The notes beneath the pieces are model-generated. The model did no database searches, was not told the DNA's origin, and saw only the letters and a list, made by a program, of their open reading frames with translations. Positions 27,824 to 36,609 of a stretch of 64,000 bases of DNA are shown piece by piece; the first letter of the stretch is position 1, and every line of letters starts with the position of its first letter. A program made the position numbers and the translations under genes. The stretch is taken from positions 5,986 through 69,985 of the forward strand of contig CBDDRX010000017.1 of assembly GCA_965233165.1 (NCBI GenBank), in the 5' to 3' direction. Source of the stretch: an uncultured bacterium (lineage in GTDB: Bacteria > Pseudomonadota > Gammaproteobacteria > Burkholderiales > SG8-39).

Positions 27824-28216
27824 TCAACGTTTCGAGAACTGCTTGCGCCGCCTCGCCTTGTGCAGTCCGACCTTCTTTCGCTCCACCTCTCGCGCGTCGC
27901 GCGTCACGAGCCCCGCCGCGCTGAGCGACGGCTTCAGCCCGGCATCATACTCGATGAGCGCGCGGGAGATGCCGTGGCGCACGGCGCCGGCCTGGCCGCT
28001 CTCGCCGCCGCCGTAGACGTTCACGCGGATGTCGAAGCTGGTGAGGTTGTTCGTGAGCTCGAGCGGCTGGCGGACCACCATGCGGCCGGTCTCGCGGCCG
28101 AAGAACTTGTCGACCGGCTTGCCGTTGACGACGAATCCGCCCTTGCCCTGCTTCAGAAAGACGCGTGCGACGGCGCTCTTGCGCCGACCCGTACCGTAGT
28201 AATAGTCGCCGACCAT
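27824..28216 (-). CDS. rpsI: 30S ribosomal protein S9
   Basis: 130 aa. Canonical C-terminus [11 protein letters not shown]. Confidence 0.97.
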   Translation of the reverse strand: MVGDYYYGTGRRKSAVARVFLKQGKGGFVVNGKPVDKFFGRETGRMVVRQPLELTNNLTSFDIRVNVYGGGESGQAGAVRHGISRALIEYDAGLKPSLSAAGLVTRDAREVERKKVGLHKARRRKQFSKR

Positions 28217-28227
28217 CCTCAGTTTCC

Positions 28228-28656
28228 TTAAATGTCCAGTGCCTTCGGTTGCTGCGCGGAATGCGGATGCTTGTCGCCGGCGTACACCTTCAGCTTGCGC
28301 AGCATCGCGTAGCCGAGCGGCCCCTTGGGCAACATGCCCTTCACGGCCTTCGTCAGCACGCGCTCGGGCTTCGCCGCATGTGCCTTGGCGAAGGTGGTGG
28401 TCTTCAGGCCGCCCGGATAGCCGCTGTGGCGGTAGTATGTCTTGCGCTCGGCCTTGCGCCCGGTCACGCGCAGCTTCGAGGCGTTGACCACGACGACGAA
28501 GTCACCGGTGTCGACGTGCGGGGTGTACTCGGGCTTGTGCTTGCCGCGCAGCCGCGAGGCGATCTGGACTGCGAGGCGGCCCAGCACCTTGCCCTGCGCG
28601 TCCACGACGAACCAGCCGTGCTGGACTTCGCCTGCTTTCGCCGTAAAAGTGGTCAT
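28228..28656 (-). CDS. rplM: 50S ribosomal protein L13
   Basis: 142 aa from ATG 28656 ([29 protein letters not shown]). The 267-aa track ORF is an over-extension. Confidence 0.97.
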   Translation of the reverse strand: MTTFTAKAGEVQHGWFVVDAQGKVLGRLAVQIASRLRGKHKPEYTPHVDTGDFVVVVNASKLRVTGRKAERKTYYRHSGYPGGLKTTTFAKAHAAKPERVLTKAVKGMLPKGPLGYAMLRKLKVYAGDKHPHSAQQPKALDI

Positions 28657-28704
28657 GTCCCTAATTCCAAGTGCGCAAGAAAAGTCGCGAATTCTATAGG
28701 ATAA

Positions 28705-29127
28705 GTGCTTATGGAAGCAACCATTCGATGGACGAGCGGCATGACCTTCGTCGCGGAGACAGGCAGCGGACATGTCCTGGCGATGGATGGCGCACCCGAG
28801 GCCGGCGGCCGGAACCTCGCGCCCCGTCCAATGGAGACGGTACTCGCCGGAAGCGGGGCCTGCACCGCGTTCGACGTCGTGGTGATCCTCAAGAAAAGCG
28901 GCCAGGAAATCACCGGTTGCGAGGTGAAGCTGGAAGCCGAGCGCGCGACGACCGACCCGAAGGTGTTCACCCGGATCCATATGCACTTCCTGGTGCGCGG
29001 CAAGGGACTGAAGCGAAACCTCGTCGAGCACGCGGTGCGCCTGTCGCGCGACAAGTACTGTTCAGCCTCCGCAATGCTCGCCAAGACCGCCGAGATCACG
29101 ACCGACTTCGAGGTGGTGGAGGACTAG
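28705..29127 (+). CDS. OsmC family protein
   Basis: 140 aa. OsmC/Ohr-like pattern with conserved Cys positions ([11 protein letters not shown] ... KYCSASAML). Confidence 0.8.
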   Translation: MLMEATIRWTSGMTFVAETGSGHVLAMDGAPEAGGRNLAPRPMETVLAGSGACTAFDVVVILKKSGQEITGCEVKLEAERATTDPKVFTRIHMHFLVRGKGLKRNLVEHAVRLSRDKYCSASAMLAKTAEITTDFEVVED

Positions 29128-29182
29128 AGCCCGCGGGGCCGCGAGCAAAGGCCTCGCTGGCCGCTGAAGATCCGCAGCACTG

Positions 29183-29809
29183 CTAGATCCGGTAGGACAC
29201 CGTCGTCATCACGCGCGAGGCGGCGCGCATCGCCGCCTTGACCGGCGGCGGAAGCTCCGCGGCCCCAAGGCGCACGGCGGTCTCGCGATGGCGCGCCTCG
29301 TCTTCGCGCATGGCCTCGACGATCAGGCGCGTCTTCCGGTCGTGCGGCGCCAGCTCGCCGAGGTGGCTGGTGAGATGGGCCTCTACCTGCCGCTCGGTCT
29401 CTGCAAGGAAGGCCAGGTTCCATCGGTCGCCAAGGGCGCTGGCGGCAACGCCGAGGGCGAAGGACCCCGCATACCAGACGGGATTCAGGAGGCTGGTGCG
29501 GCCGCCCAGCTCGTCGATGCGCCCCGCGCACCAGGCAAGATGATCGCGCTCCTCGTCCGCAGCTTGCACGAGCGAGGCGCGGGTGCGGGGATCGCGTGCC
29601 GCAAGCGACTGCCCTTCGTAGAGGGCCTGGGCGCAGACCTCGCCGACGTGGTTCACGCGCATCAGTGCAGCTGCGTGCGCCCGCTCCGCATCGGTCAGGG
29701 CTTCATCGCGGGTGACGCCGCCCGGCGACGGCCGCGAGGCGTGGTGCACGCCCGCGAGCGCACGCAGCGCGCGATCAAACCCACCGATCAGCTCGTCGAC
29801 GAAGGCCAT
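29183..29809 (-). CDS. coq7: demethoxyubiquinone hydroxylase (Coq7 family di-iron monooxygenase)
   Basis: 208 aa. [15 protein letters not shown] and repeated E..H di-iron motifs. Confidence 0.9.
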   Translation of the reverse strand: MAFVDELIGGFDRALRALAGVHHASRPSPGGVTRDEALTDAERAHAAALMRVNHVGEVCAQALYEGQSLAARDPRTRASLVQAADEERDHLAWCAGRIDELGGRTSLLNPVWYAGSFALGVAASALGDRWNLAFLAETERQVEAHLTSHLGELAPHDRKTRLIVEAMREDEARHRETAVRLGAAELPPPVKAAMRAASRVMTTVSYRI

Positions 29810-29825
29810 GCGGAAAGACTAGCAG

Positions 29826-29854
29826 AAAAAAAACGGGCGCCCGAAGGCGCCCGT
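29826..29854 (-). terminator. rho-independent terminator (minus strand) 15 nt upstream of the coq7 ATG
   Basis: On the minus strand: ACGGGCGCC-TTCG-GGCGCCCGT followed by TTTTTTTT. A perfect 9-bp stem with a U8 tract. Confidence 0.8.
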
Positions 29855-29862
29855 CATAAGGC

Positions 29863-30470
29863 TTGTTGCGATGCTTCCATTTTCTCGCAAGGCGCGTGGC
29901 AACGGGTTCGCCGAGCTCACGCCCGATTTGGATACCCTCATCGGCGGCGACAGCGGCGACGACATCGAGGATGGTCCGGTGCTTCGCCCACTCTTTCATC
30001 GACAGTGCGCCGGCCGGGCGGCCGCGGCGGTTTCGCGGTTGCCTGGTGCCGCGTCGACAGCGAGGACCACTGGCGAGCGCGCTCGCGCGCGAGCAACGGG
30101 CCGTGGCGATCTCGGATCATGCCATGCCTTTCTCGATCGCTCGCGCGCTGGATGTGCTGCGCCGGAGCGATGACGACACGCCGTTCATCATCGGTTCCGG
30201 TCATCGATGAGGCCGGGGCGGTTTCCGCAGCAGCTCCTGCAGCGCAGCGCCCTGCAGTACAGGCATATGCTCGATTTCTGTCCGGATGCGATCCACCTCC
30301 GCCTCACTGGCGATCGATGATTTCGGCGCCGGCTCCTCCGCCCTCAGCCGCTTGCCCCGGTCGATACGATCAAATCGGCAGCCGCCCTCTGAAGCGAACT
30401 CCCAAGAACGATTCGTCCGCCGCCCGCTCGGGCCGATCCGTAGCGCTTCCGGCCGCTCTGGTCGCGCGCG
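29863..30470 (+). pseudogene. decayed EAL-domain (c-di-GMP phosphodiesterase-like) gene remnant
   Basis: Plus-strand frame reads SLAIDDFGAGSSALSRL (30316-30327 encode DDFG), close to the EAL hallmark DDFGTGYSSLSYL. A +1-shifted frame continues LPVDTIKS (compare LPxDxxKID). Upstream frames are broken by stops and shifts, and no intact ORF remains. Confidence 0.4.
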
Positions 30471-31417
30471 TCAGCCGCGCTTGCGCGCGATCAGGAACGC
30501 GTAGGCGCAGTTCAGGTCTTCGTCGGAGATGTTCCGCCAGCGCGGCGCAAGCCGCGAGCGGTCGATGCCGCCGGACACCGCGCGCTGGAGGACTGCGATC
30601 ACATCGAACCCGTTCTTGTCGGCGAGCGCGAGGTGCGTTGAGAGGCGCGCGCGGTTGACGAAGAACGGCCTGCGGCCGCGAATCAGCCGCCACGCCGCCT
30701 CGCCGAACTGAAGGTGGCCGTTCCACTCGGCCGTGAGGCCGCGGCTGAGGAAGTCGGTCTGATGCGACATCCATCCGCCCGGCCGTACCCAGCGCCCGAG
30801 TTGGCTGTACAGGCGTTCCAGGTCCCCCACCATGCAGAGCACGACGTGCGAGAAAAGAAGGTCGACCTGCGCGTTGCCGACGGGCGCGGGTTCCCGCCAC
30901 GTCGCATAGCGAAGCATGGGATGCTGTGCCTGGGAGTCTAGCCACGCCACGGCCTCGGCGATCCTGGCGATAGCTCGGGCGCCATGCCGGTGGCGAGCGC
31001 CTCCTCGGTCAGGATCGAGGACGGAAAGAGCCGCCCGTCGAGCAGAGCATCGAAGTCGGGCCAGCCTCTCGCCGGCCGCGGTGCCCGTGACTGAAAGAGG
31101 GCAACCAGTTCTCGCAGCACGGCGCTCGTGCGCTCCGCGCCGCTGTGCCGCACGGTATCCACGGCTGCGTAGCGTTGCGCGCCGCAGAGCAGCGCGGCCA
31201 GCCCGGCGCCGAGCGAATCGCCGGGTCCGATTTCGAGCACCGTATGCGGCATCTGTGTCATGCCGTGCTGCCGCAGCAGCACCAGGTGCTTGAGCCACAC
31301 GCCGTAGCAGTAGGCCGCGGAAGCCGTGCCGCCGCCTGCGGTGCGGTCGTAAAAGGCCGCCTGCACCCCCGGAATCCACGTCAGCAGGCACTTCAGAACG
31401 GCTCTGGCCGCAGCCAT
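30471..31417 (-). pseudogene. class I SAM-dependent methyltransferase, disrupted by a frameshift near 30975
   Basis: The N-terminal half sits in ORF 30938..31417 (motif I VLEIGPGDSLGAGLAALL). The C-terminal half sits in another frame in ORF 30471..31391 (VDLLFSHVVLCMVGDLERLYSQLGRWVRPGGWM). The frames meet around MAPE / AIARIAEAV. Confidence 0.7.
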
Positions 31418-31581
31418 CGCATCATTCCTTCAAGGTAGACGGCTGGGGAAGGTACTGATGAAACCGGGCGTCGGCAATGCGCCGGCCGGCGGGGATTGCA
31501 CGGATGTAATCCGCAGGTCACGCTGCGGAAACCGGTCCGCGGCGAGACTGGGGCTTCCACCAACTACAAGGAGTTTTTCCC

Positions 31582-31938
31582 ATGAAACGTGCTGTCCTTC
31601 CTGTCCTCTTCGCCGCGCTGGCCGCGGGAACTGCCGGCGCCGCTTCCGCCGACGACACGCTGCGCCACCAGCAGGAGTCGGCCTCGTACGGCTCGTCCGT
31701 GCCGCAGGCGCCGGCGGCCCGGCTCGTGAACCTCGACGGCGGCGTGCGCTGGGTCGGCGTGGCCGGCGGCGAAACCATCACGTTCGCCCGCGGTGGTCAG
31801 CGCTTCACCTACCGCTTCGACGCGCCGGGCAGCGCGACGGCCGAAGTGCCGCTTTCGCGCATCGCGCCGGCCGGCTTCGGCGCGGGCGAGGTGCGCATCT
31901 ATGTCAGCCCGTCGCAGGAGGATCGGCCGATCGGCTGA
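31582..31938 (+). CDS. CzcE-like periplasmic metal-binding protein, paralog 1
   Basis: AAGGAG RBS and a signal peptide (VLFAALAAGTAGAASA). Small beta-rich domain (GETITFARGGQRFTYRFDA...VPLSRIAPAGF...VRIYV) recalled as the CzcE family. Paralog of 36256..36609. Confidence 0.6.
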   Translation: MKRAVLPVLFAALAAGTAGAASADDTLRHQQESASYGSSVPQAPAARLVNLDGGVRWVGVAGGETITFARGGQRFTYRFDAPGSATAEVPLSRIAPAGFGAGEVRIYVSPSQEDRPIG

Positions 31939-31956
31939 CCGGCGCTGTTCCCTCGG

Positions 31957-31980
31957 CCCGGCCGCGAGGTAGCGGCCGGG
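31957..31980 (+). terminator. GC-rich hairpin after the czcE-like gene (weak terminator or attenuator candidate)
   Basis: CCCGGCCGC-GAGGTA-GCGGCCGGG followed only by TT, so the U tract is poor. Confidence 0.3.
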
Positions 31981-32102
31981 TTACGTGCTGTCGTAGGAGC
32001 ACGATAGCGCCGCCGCTCGCAGCGCCGTGCGGGACAAGGCTTTCCAGCTACACTTCCTGCGGGCGCAACTCCCGGCGACAAACCTTCACTGAGGGACATG
32101 CC

Positions 32103-33941
32103 ATGTCATCCGGAACGGCAAACCGGGCAAGGCGGCGGTTCATCCAGTCCACGGCGGCGCTGGGCCTGCTCGAGGCCTTCCGCGGAATCGCGCCGGCGTA
32201 CGGGCAGGCGCCAACGGGCCCGGGCGCCGAGATCCGTGTCGGTGGCGACCGGATCGCGGATCTCGTGATTGACCGCACGCCGTTCGGGTTCGGCGGCCGG
32301 CAGGGCATGGCGGTGACGATCAACGGCACCGTTCCAGGGCCGATCCTGCGCTTTCGCGAAGGCGAGATCGCGACCTTGCGGGTCACCAACCGCCTGGACG
32401 AGGATACCTCCCTCCACTGGCACGGCATCCTGCTTCCGTCGGAAATGGACGGCGTGCCCGGAGTGAGCTTCCCCGGGATCCGCCCCGGCGAGACGTTCAC
32501 CTACCGCTACGAGGTGCGCCAGAGCGGCACCTACTGGTATCACAGCCACTCTTCGCTCCAGGAGCAGCTCGGGATGTACGCACCGATCATCATGGAGCCG
32601 AACCGGCGCGACCCGGTCGCCTACGACCGCGAGCACGTGGTGGTGCTTTCGGACTGGACCTTCCGCGACCCGCATCGGGTCCTCTCGGCGATGAAGAAGC
32701 AGAGCGGCTTCTTCAATTTCCAGCAGCGCACGCTCGGCGATTTCTTCCGTGAGGCGCGCGCGAACGGCTTTCGCGAGACGCTCAGGGAGCGCGGCATGTG
32801 GGGCCGCATGCGGATGAATCCCACCGACATCCTGGACATCACCGGCGCGGCGTACACGTACCTGGTGAACGGCCTGCCCCCGGACGGCAACTGGACGGGC
32901 CTGTTCCGTCCCGGGGAGCGCGTGCGGCTGCGGATCGTCAACTCTGCCGCCGGGACCACCGCCTTCAACGTTCGCATCCCCGGGCTGCCGATGACGGTCG
33001 TCGCGAGCGATGGCCAGAACATCGAACCGGTGAGCGTGGACGAGTTCCAGATCGGCATCGCCGAAACCTACGATGCGATCGTGCAGCCGCGGCGCGACGA
33101 GGCCTACACGCTCTTCGCCGAGACCGCGGACCGCAGCGGCTACGGGCGCGGCACGCTCGCGCCGCGGGCCGGCATGTCGGCGCCCGTGCCGGCGCTGCGC
33201 GAGCGGCCGCTGCGCACGATGGTCGACATGGGCATGAACATGGGCAAGACGGACATGGCCGGCATGGACCACGGTGGGATGAAGGGAATGAAGGAACCCA
33301 AGCCCATGCCTGGCATGGACCACGGCGGCATGAAGATGGACGCCATGCCGGGGATGAGGATGGATGCCATGCCCGGCATGGACAGCCCGGTCAACGGCAG
33401 GCACGGGCCCGACACGCACGGTCCGGGCAACCAGAGCGTGGCGATGGTCCAGCGCAGCCGCGTCGGCGAGCGCGGCACCGGGCTGGAAAACGTCGACCAC
33501 AAGGTCCTCGTCTATACGGATCTCAGGGCGCTCGAGCCGAATTTCGACCCGCGGCCGCCTCGGCGCGAGATCGAGATCCACCTGACCGGCAACATGGAGG
33601 CCTTCATCTGGGGCATGGACGGCCTCAAGTTCTCCGAGTCCGGCGAGCCGCCGAAGGTGCGCGTCGGTGAGCGCGTGCGCATCACCCTGGTGAACGACAC
33701 GATGATGGAGCACCCGATGCACCTGCACGGCGTGTTCATGGAAATGGTCAACGGCGCGCCCGCAGCGCACCAGCCGCGCAAGCACACGATCCAGGTGAAG
33801 CCGGCGGAGCGACTGTCGTTCGACTTCACCTACGATGAGCCCGGCAACTTCGCCTTCCACTGTCACATCCTGTACCACATGGAGATGGGGATGTTCCGCT
33901 TCGTCAACGTCTCGGGCAAGCCGCAGCGGAGGCTGACTTGA
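32103..33941 (+). CDS. copA: copper-resistance multicopper oxidase CopA
   Basis: ATG 32103. Tat signal RRRFIQSTAALGL and cupredoxin copper motifs HWHG, HSH and HCHILYHMEMGM. Met-rich tract (MDHGGMKGM...MPGMDHGGMKMDAMPGMRMDAMPGM) at about 33219-33390. The 827-aa track ORF is an over-extension. Confidence 0.92.
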   Translation: MSSGTANRARRRFIQSTAALGLLEAFRGIAPAYGQAPTGPGAEIRVGGDRIADLVIDRTPFGFGGRQGMAVTINGTVPGPILRFREGEIATLRVTNRLDEDTSLHWHGILLPSEMDGVPGVSFPGIRPGETFTYRYEVRQSGTYWYHSHSSLQEQLGMYAPIIMEPNRRDPVAYDREHVVVLSDWTFRDPHRVLSAMKKQSGFFNFQQRTLGDFFREARANGFRETLRERGMWGRMRMNPTDILDITGAAYTYLVNGLPPDGNWTGLFRPGERVRLRIVNSAAGTTAFNVRIPGLPMTVVASDGQNIEPVSVDEFQIGIAETYDAIVQPRRDEAYTLFAETADRSGYGRGTLAPRAGMSAPVPALRERPLRTMVDMGMNMGKTDMAGMDHGGMKGMKEPKPMPGMDHGGMKMDAMPGMRMDAMPGMDSPVNGRHGPDTHGPGNQSVAMVQRSRVGERGTGLENVDHKVLVYTDLRALEPNFDPRPPRREIEIHLTGNMEAFIWGMDGLKFSESGEPPKVRVGERVRITLVNDTMMEHPMHLHGVFMEMVNGAPAAHQPRKHTIQVKPAERLSFDFTYDEPGNFAFHCHILYHMEMGMFRFVNVSGKPQRRLT

Positions 33942-34666
33942 GAGCCGTCCTCGCGCTGTTCTTCGTCGCCACGAGCGCGTTCGCGCAGCAGGACTCCTTT
34001 CCGCTGCCACCGGAGGAATGGCCCAAGCCGGTCATGGATACCGACCGGTTCGCCTTCCTCCTGCTGGACCGCCTCGAATACCGCGCGCAGAAGGGCGCGG
34101 ACGCGCGGGTGTGGGACATCCAGTCCTGGTTCGGCGGCGACTACAACAAGCTCTGGCTGAAATCCGAGGGCACGCGCTCCGAAGGCAGGACCGAAGAGGC
34201 CGACCTGCAGGTCCTGTATGCGCGGCGCGTCTCGCCGTACTGGCACGTCCAGGGCGGCGTGCGCAGCGAGACCCGGCCGAGCCCGCAGCAGAATTACGGC
34301 GTCCTTGCGATCCAGGGGCTCGCGCCCTACTGGTTCAATGTCGAGGCGAGCGCGTTCTTCCGCAGCGGCGAGGTCTCCGGCCGGCTGGAGGCTGAATACG
34401 ACCAGCTCCTCACCCAGCGACTCGTCCTGCAGCCGCGGATCGAGACCAGCTTCTCCGGCGCGGCGGAGCCGGCCCGCGGCGTCGGCAGGGGGCTCAACGA
34501 CATCGAGCTCGGCCTTCGCCTGCGCTACGAGATCCGCCGCGAATTCGCCCCTTACATCGGCGTGGTATGGGCGCGAAAGATCGGCGACACGGCCGATCTC
34601 GCGCGCAGCCGCGGCGGGGACGTCACCGAACGGGCGATCGTCGCGGGATTGCGCGTATGGTACTAG
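33938..34666 (+). CDS. copB: copper-resistance outer-membrane protein CopB (short form without a Met-rich N-terminus)
   Basis: ATGA-type overlap with copA, signal peptide, and CopB pattern (DRLEYR...WFGGDYNKLWLKSEG...). Confidence 0.85.
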   Translation: MRAVLALFFVATSAFAQQDSFPLPPEEWPKPVMDTDRFAFLLLDRLEYRAQKGADARVWDIQSWFGGDYNKLWLKSEGTRSEGRTEEADLQVLYARRVSPYWHVQGGVRSETRPSPQQNYGVLAIQGLAPYWFNVEASAFFRSGEVSGRLEAEYDQLLTQRLVLQPRIETSFSGAAEPARGVGRGLNDIELGLRLRYEIRREFAPYIGVVWARKIGDTADLARSRGGDVTERAIVAGLRVWY

Positions 34667-34667
34667 C

Positions 34668-35249
34668 GTGAGCAAAGCCCTGAAGCGCGCTTTCCTCGGT
34701 TTTGCCCTGCTCGCGGCGGTGTCCGCAGGCGCCGCCGCCTTCCTTTATTCAGGCGCCTACGACATCGCCGCCGACGAGCCGCACTGGGCGCTCACCGAGC
34801 GCGCGATCGCGCTGCTGCGCGAGCGCTCGATCCAGGCCCGCGCCCGCGGCGCCGCCGCGCCTTCGCTCGACGACCCGAGGCGCGTGCTCGCCGGCGCCGG
34901 CCAGTACGCCGAGATGTGCGAGGGCTGCCACCTCGCGCCGGGCGTCGCCGACACGCCGCTGCGCCAGGGTCTCTACCCGAAGCCGCCGGACCTGGCGCGC
35001 CACCGCATGGACCCGCAGACGAGCTTCTGGATCGTCAAGCACGGCATCAAGATGACCGGCATGCCGGCGTGGGGCGCGAGCCACGGCGACGACATCCTCT
35101 GGAGCGTGGTCGCCTTCCTGCAAAAGCTGCCCGATCTGGACGCGAAGCAGTATCGCGACCTCGTCTCTCGCGCGCCGGCCGACCGGGAGATGAAGCCCGG
35201 CGACAAGAACCGGCTCGGCGAAGACGGGCACTCCGGCACGCACAACTAG
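34668..35249 (+). CDS. c-type cytochrome (single CxxCH)
   Basis: GTG 34668 lies 2 nt after the copB stop. N-terminal TM/signal, haem motif CEGCH, and downstream MPAWG (candidate Met ligand). Confidence 0.75.
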   Translation: MSKALKRAFLGFALLAAVSAGAAAFLYSGAYDIAADEPHWALTERAIALLRERSIQARARGAAAPSLDDPRRVLAGAGQYAEMCEGCHLAPGVADTPLRQGLYPKPPDLARHRMDPQTSFWIVKHGIKMTGMPAWGASHGDDILWSVVAFLQKLPDLDAKQYRDLVSRAPADREMKPGDKNRLGEDGHSGTHN

Positions 35250-35258
35250 CGCAGCGGG

Positions 35259-35540
35259 ATGCGTGCGCTGGTTCGGGCGTGCCTGCGGTCGCTGTGGGGC
35301 CGATTCGCCCGGCGTCCGAGCAGCGCGGGTGTGCGAGCGGCGCTGCTCGGACAGGCCGGCGTCGGCACGGTCGAATCGGTCGAGGTGTCTGCCGCCGAAA
35401 GCGGCGGAACGCTCATCGTCGTCCGCGTGCGCGTCAGCAATGGAATGGACGCGCAGGAAGCGGCCTCCCGCGTGGCGGAAGTGCTGCACAGCCGCGTGCC
35501 ACATGCCGGACTTCGCGTCGATGTTCTCGCGAAGAAGTGA
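35259..35540 (+). CDS. hypothetical small protein (93 aa)
   Basis: The only same-strand ORF filling the 427-nt gap in the cop cluster. Third-position G/C is enriched but less than in neighbouring genes. No recognisable motif. Confidence 0.35.
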   Translation: MRALVRACLRSLWGRFARRPSSAGVRAALLGQAGVGTVESVEVSAAESGGTLIVVRVRVSNGMDAQEAASRVAEVLHSRVPHAGLRVDVLAKK

Positions 35541-35676
35541 GTGTTCTGGTGCGCGGGCAGAGGAATGTTTCGCCGAATTCCGCATGCTCGGCAAGCCGAT
35601 GGACCTCTGAGATTTGAAGCGCCAGCCAAGCCAGCGAGCCGGGGGGCGCTGCTCCGGCTGGACCAAGACCTCAAAC

Positions 35677-36192
35677 ATGCGCAAACTTGCTCATATGCTC
35701 ACGAGCCGAATCGCATTGGCAGGTGTGCTGATCCTGGTGGCGGGCTGCGCAGCCTACAGCGGGCATGCGCTGATGCCCGGTCGATCGACCTCCGCAGACG
35801 TCCTGGCGGCCATGGGTCCGCCAGCAGAAAAGCTGGAGCGCGGCGGCGAAGTGATCTGGTACTACCCTCGCGGGCCGTCCGGGTGGCACTCCTATGCCGT
35901 GCGCATCGCGCCCGACGGGGTGCTGCGCGCCATCGAGCAGCGCCTGACTGCGCAGAACGTTCGCAGGGTCCTCCCGGAGACGAGCACCGCTCAGGACGTG
36001 CGCGAGCTGCTGGGCCCTCCGTTCGCGACTTCGCGCCTGCCTCGACAGCAGCGCGAGGTCTGGGAATACCAGATGCTCGAGGCAGGACAGAAGTGGAAGG
36101 TATGGGTGCAGTTCTCGGAGGACGGCGTGGTGCGCGAAGTATTGCAGATGCACCATCCGGATCAGTACTCGCCGAACGGCCACCCGTCCTAG
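35677..36192 (+). CDS. lipoprotein with BamE/SmpA-OmlA-like domains
   Basis: Internal ATG 35677. Lipobox LVAGC. Two repeats of the pattern S..DV...(M/L)GPP....(W.Y). Confidence 0.65.
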   Translation: MRKLAHMLTSRIALAGVLILVAGCAAYSGHALMPGRSTSADVLAAMGPPAEKLERGGEVIWYYPRGPSGWHSYAVRIAPDGVLRAIEQRLTAQNVRRVLPETSTAQDVRELLGPPFATSRLPRQQREVWEYQMLEAGQKWKVWVQFSEDGVVREVLQMHHPDQYSPNGHPS

Positions 36193-36255
36193 CATGGGGA
36201 ACAAGCCACGGCCGGCAGCCCGGGGCGGGGCGCCGGTCATGGCAGGCCGGCGAGA

Positions 36256-36609
36256 TCAGCCGATCGGAAGCTGGCGCGGGTCGGGATTCACGTAGACCCG
36301 GACGCTGCCGCTGTCGAATCCCTCGGGGGCGATGCGGGAAAGCGGAATTTCGAAGGGTGCGGTGCCTTGCGCGTCGAAGCGGTACGTGAACTGGCGGTCG
36401 CCGCGGGCAAAGTTGACGGTCTCGCCGGCGCGAACCACGACCGCGCGCGCTCCGGCGTCAAGCTTGACGAGGCGCGCGGCGGGCGCTTGCCATGCGGAGG
36501 CCCCTGACGACGCGGCATCCTGGTTGTGGCGTGGCGCATCGGCGGCGAACCCGCTCGAGGCGAAGGCGCTGCTGACGGCGAGAATCGGGATCAGATTGCG
36601 GATTTTCAT
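36256..36609 (-). CDS. CzcE-like periplasmic metal-binding protein, paralog 2
   Basis: Internal ATG 36609 (MKIRNLIPILAVSSAFASSGFA signal). The C-terminal 77 residues are 49/77 identical to paralog 1 in an ungapped hand alignment. Confidence 0.6.
   Translation of the reverse strand: MKIRNLIPILAVSSAFASSGFAADAPRHNQDAASSGASAWQAPAARLVKLDAGARAVVVRAGETVNFARGDRQFTYRFDAQGTAPFEIPLSRIAPEGFDSGSVRVYVNPDPRQLPIG

Noticed and set aside
29775-30204. Possible small toxin-antitoxin-like pair on the minus strand. An 88-aa ORF (29938..30204) starts with an ATGA overlap to an upstream open frame ending QELLRKPPRPHR, followed by a 74-aa ORF (29775..29999).
   Set aside because: The upstream frame has no start codon. 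The 88-aa product ends in CRRRCRRR nonsense. The 74-aa ORF reads straight through the terminator hairpin into coq7. No TA-family motifs were recognised, and a decayed plus-strand EAL gene explains the region better.
31418-31581. Search for CopR/CusR-type or CueR-type operator dyads upstream of the first czcE-like gene, and in the 36610-36863 divergent spacer.
   Set aside because: Only short generic inverted repeats turned up (for example CCGCAG-N6-CTGCGG). I saw nothing I could confidently match to a known copper-box or MerR-type 19-20 bp spacer promoter.
33219-33390. Repetitive Met/Gly/Asp-rich nucleotide repeats that could be mistaken for a tandem repeat or CRISPR-like array.
   Set aside because: They are in frame inside copA and encode the well-known methionine-rich copper-binding loop of CopA/PcoA-type multicopper oxidases.
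31458-33941. N-terminally extended track ORFs. These include the 827-aa CopA, and 43165..45204 (MltA), 38670..40055 (TrpC), 57235..59448 (PdxA), 12876..14141, 13151..14848, 17106..18425, 11282..12958, 51813..54209 and 54280..55449.
   Set aside because: The extensions run through upstream genes in another frame and are Arg-rich nonsense. Internal ATG/GTG/TTG starts give canonical N-termini, signal peptides or ATGA/GTGA coupling with the upstream stop.
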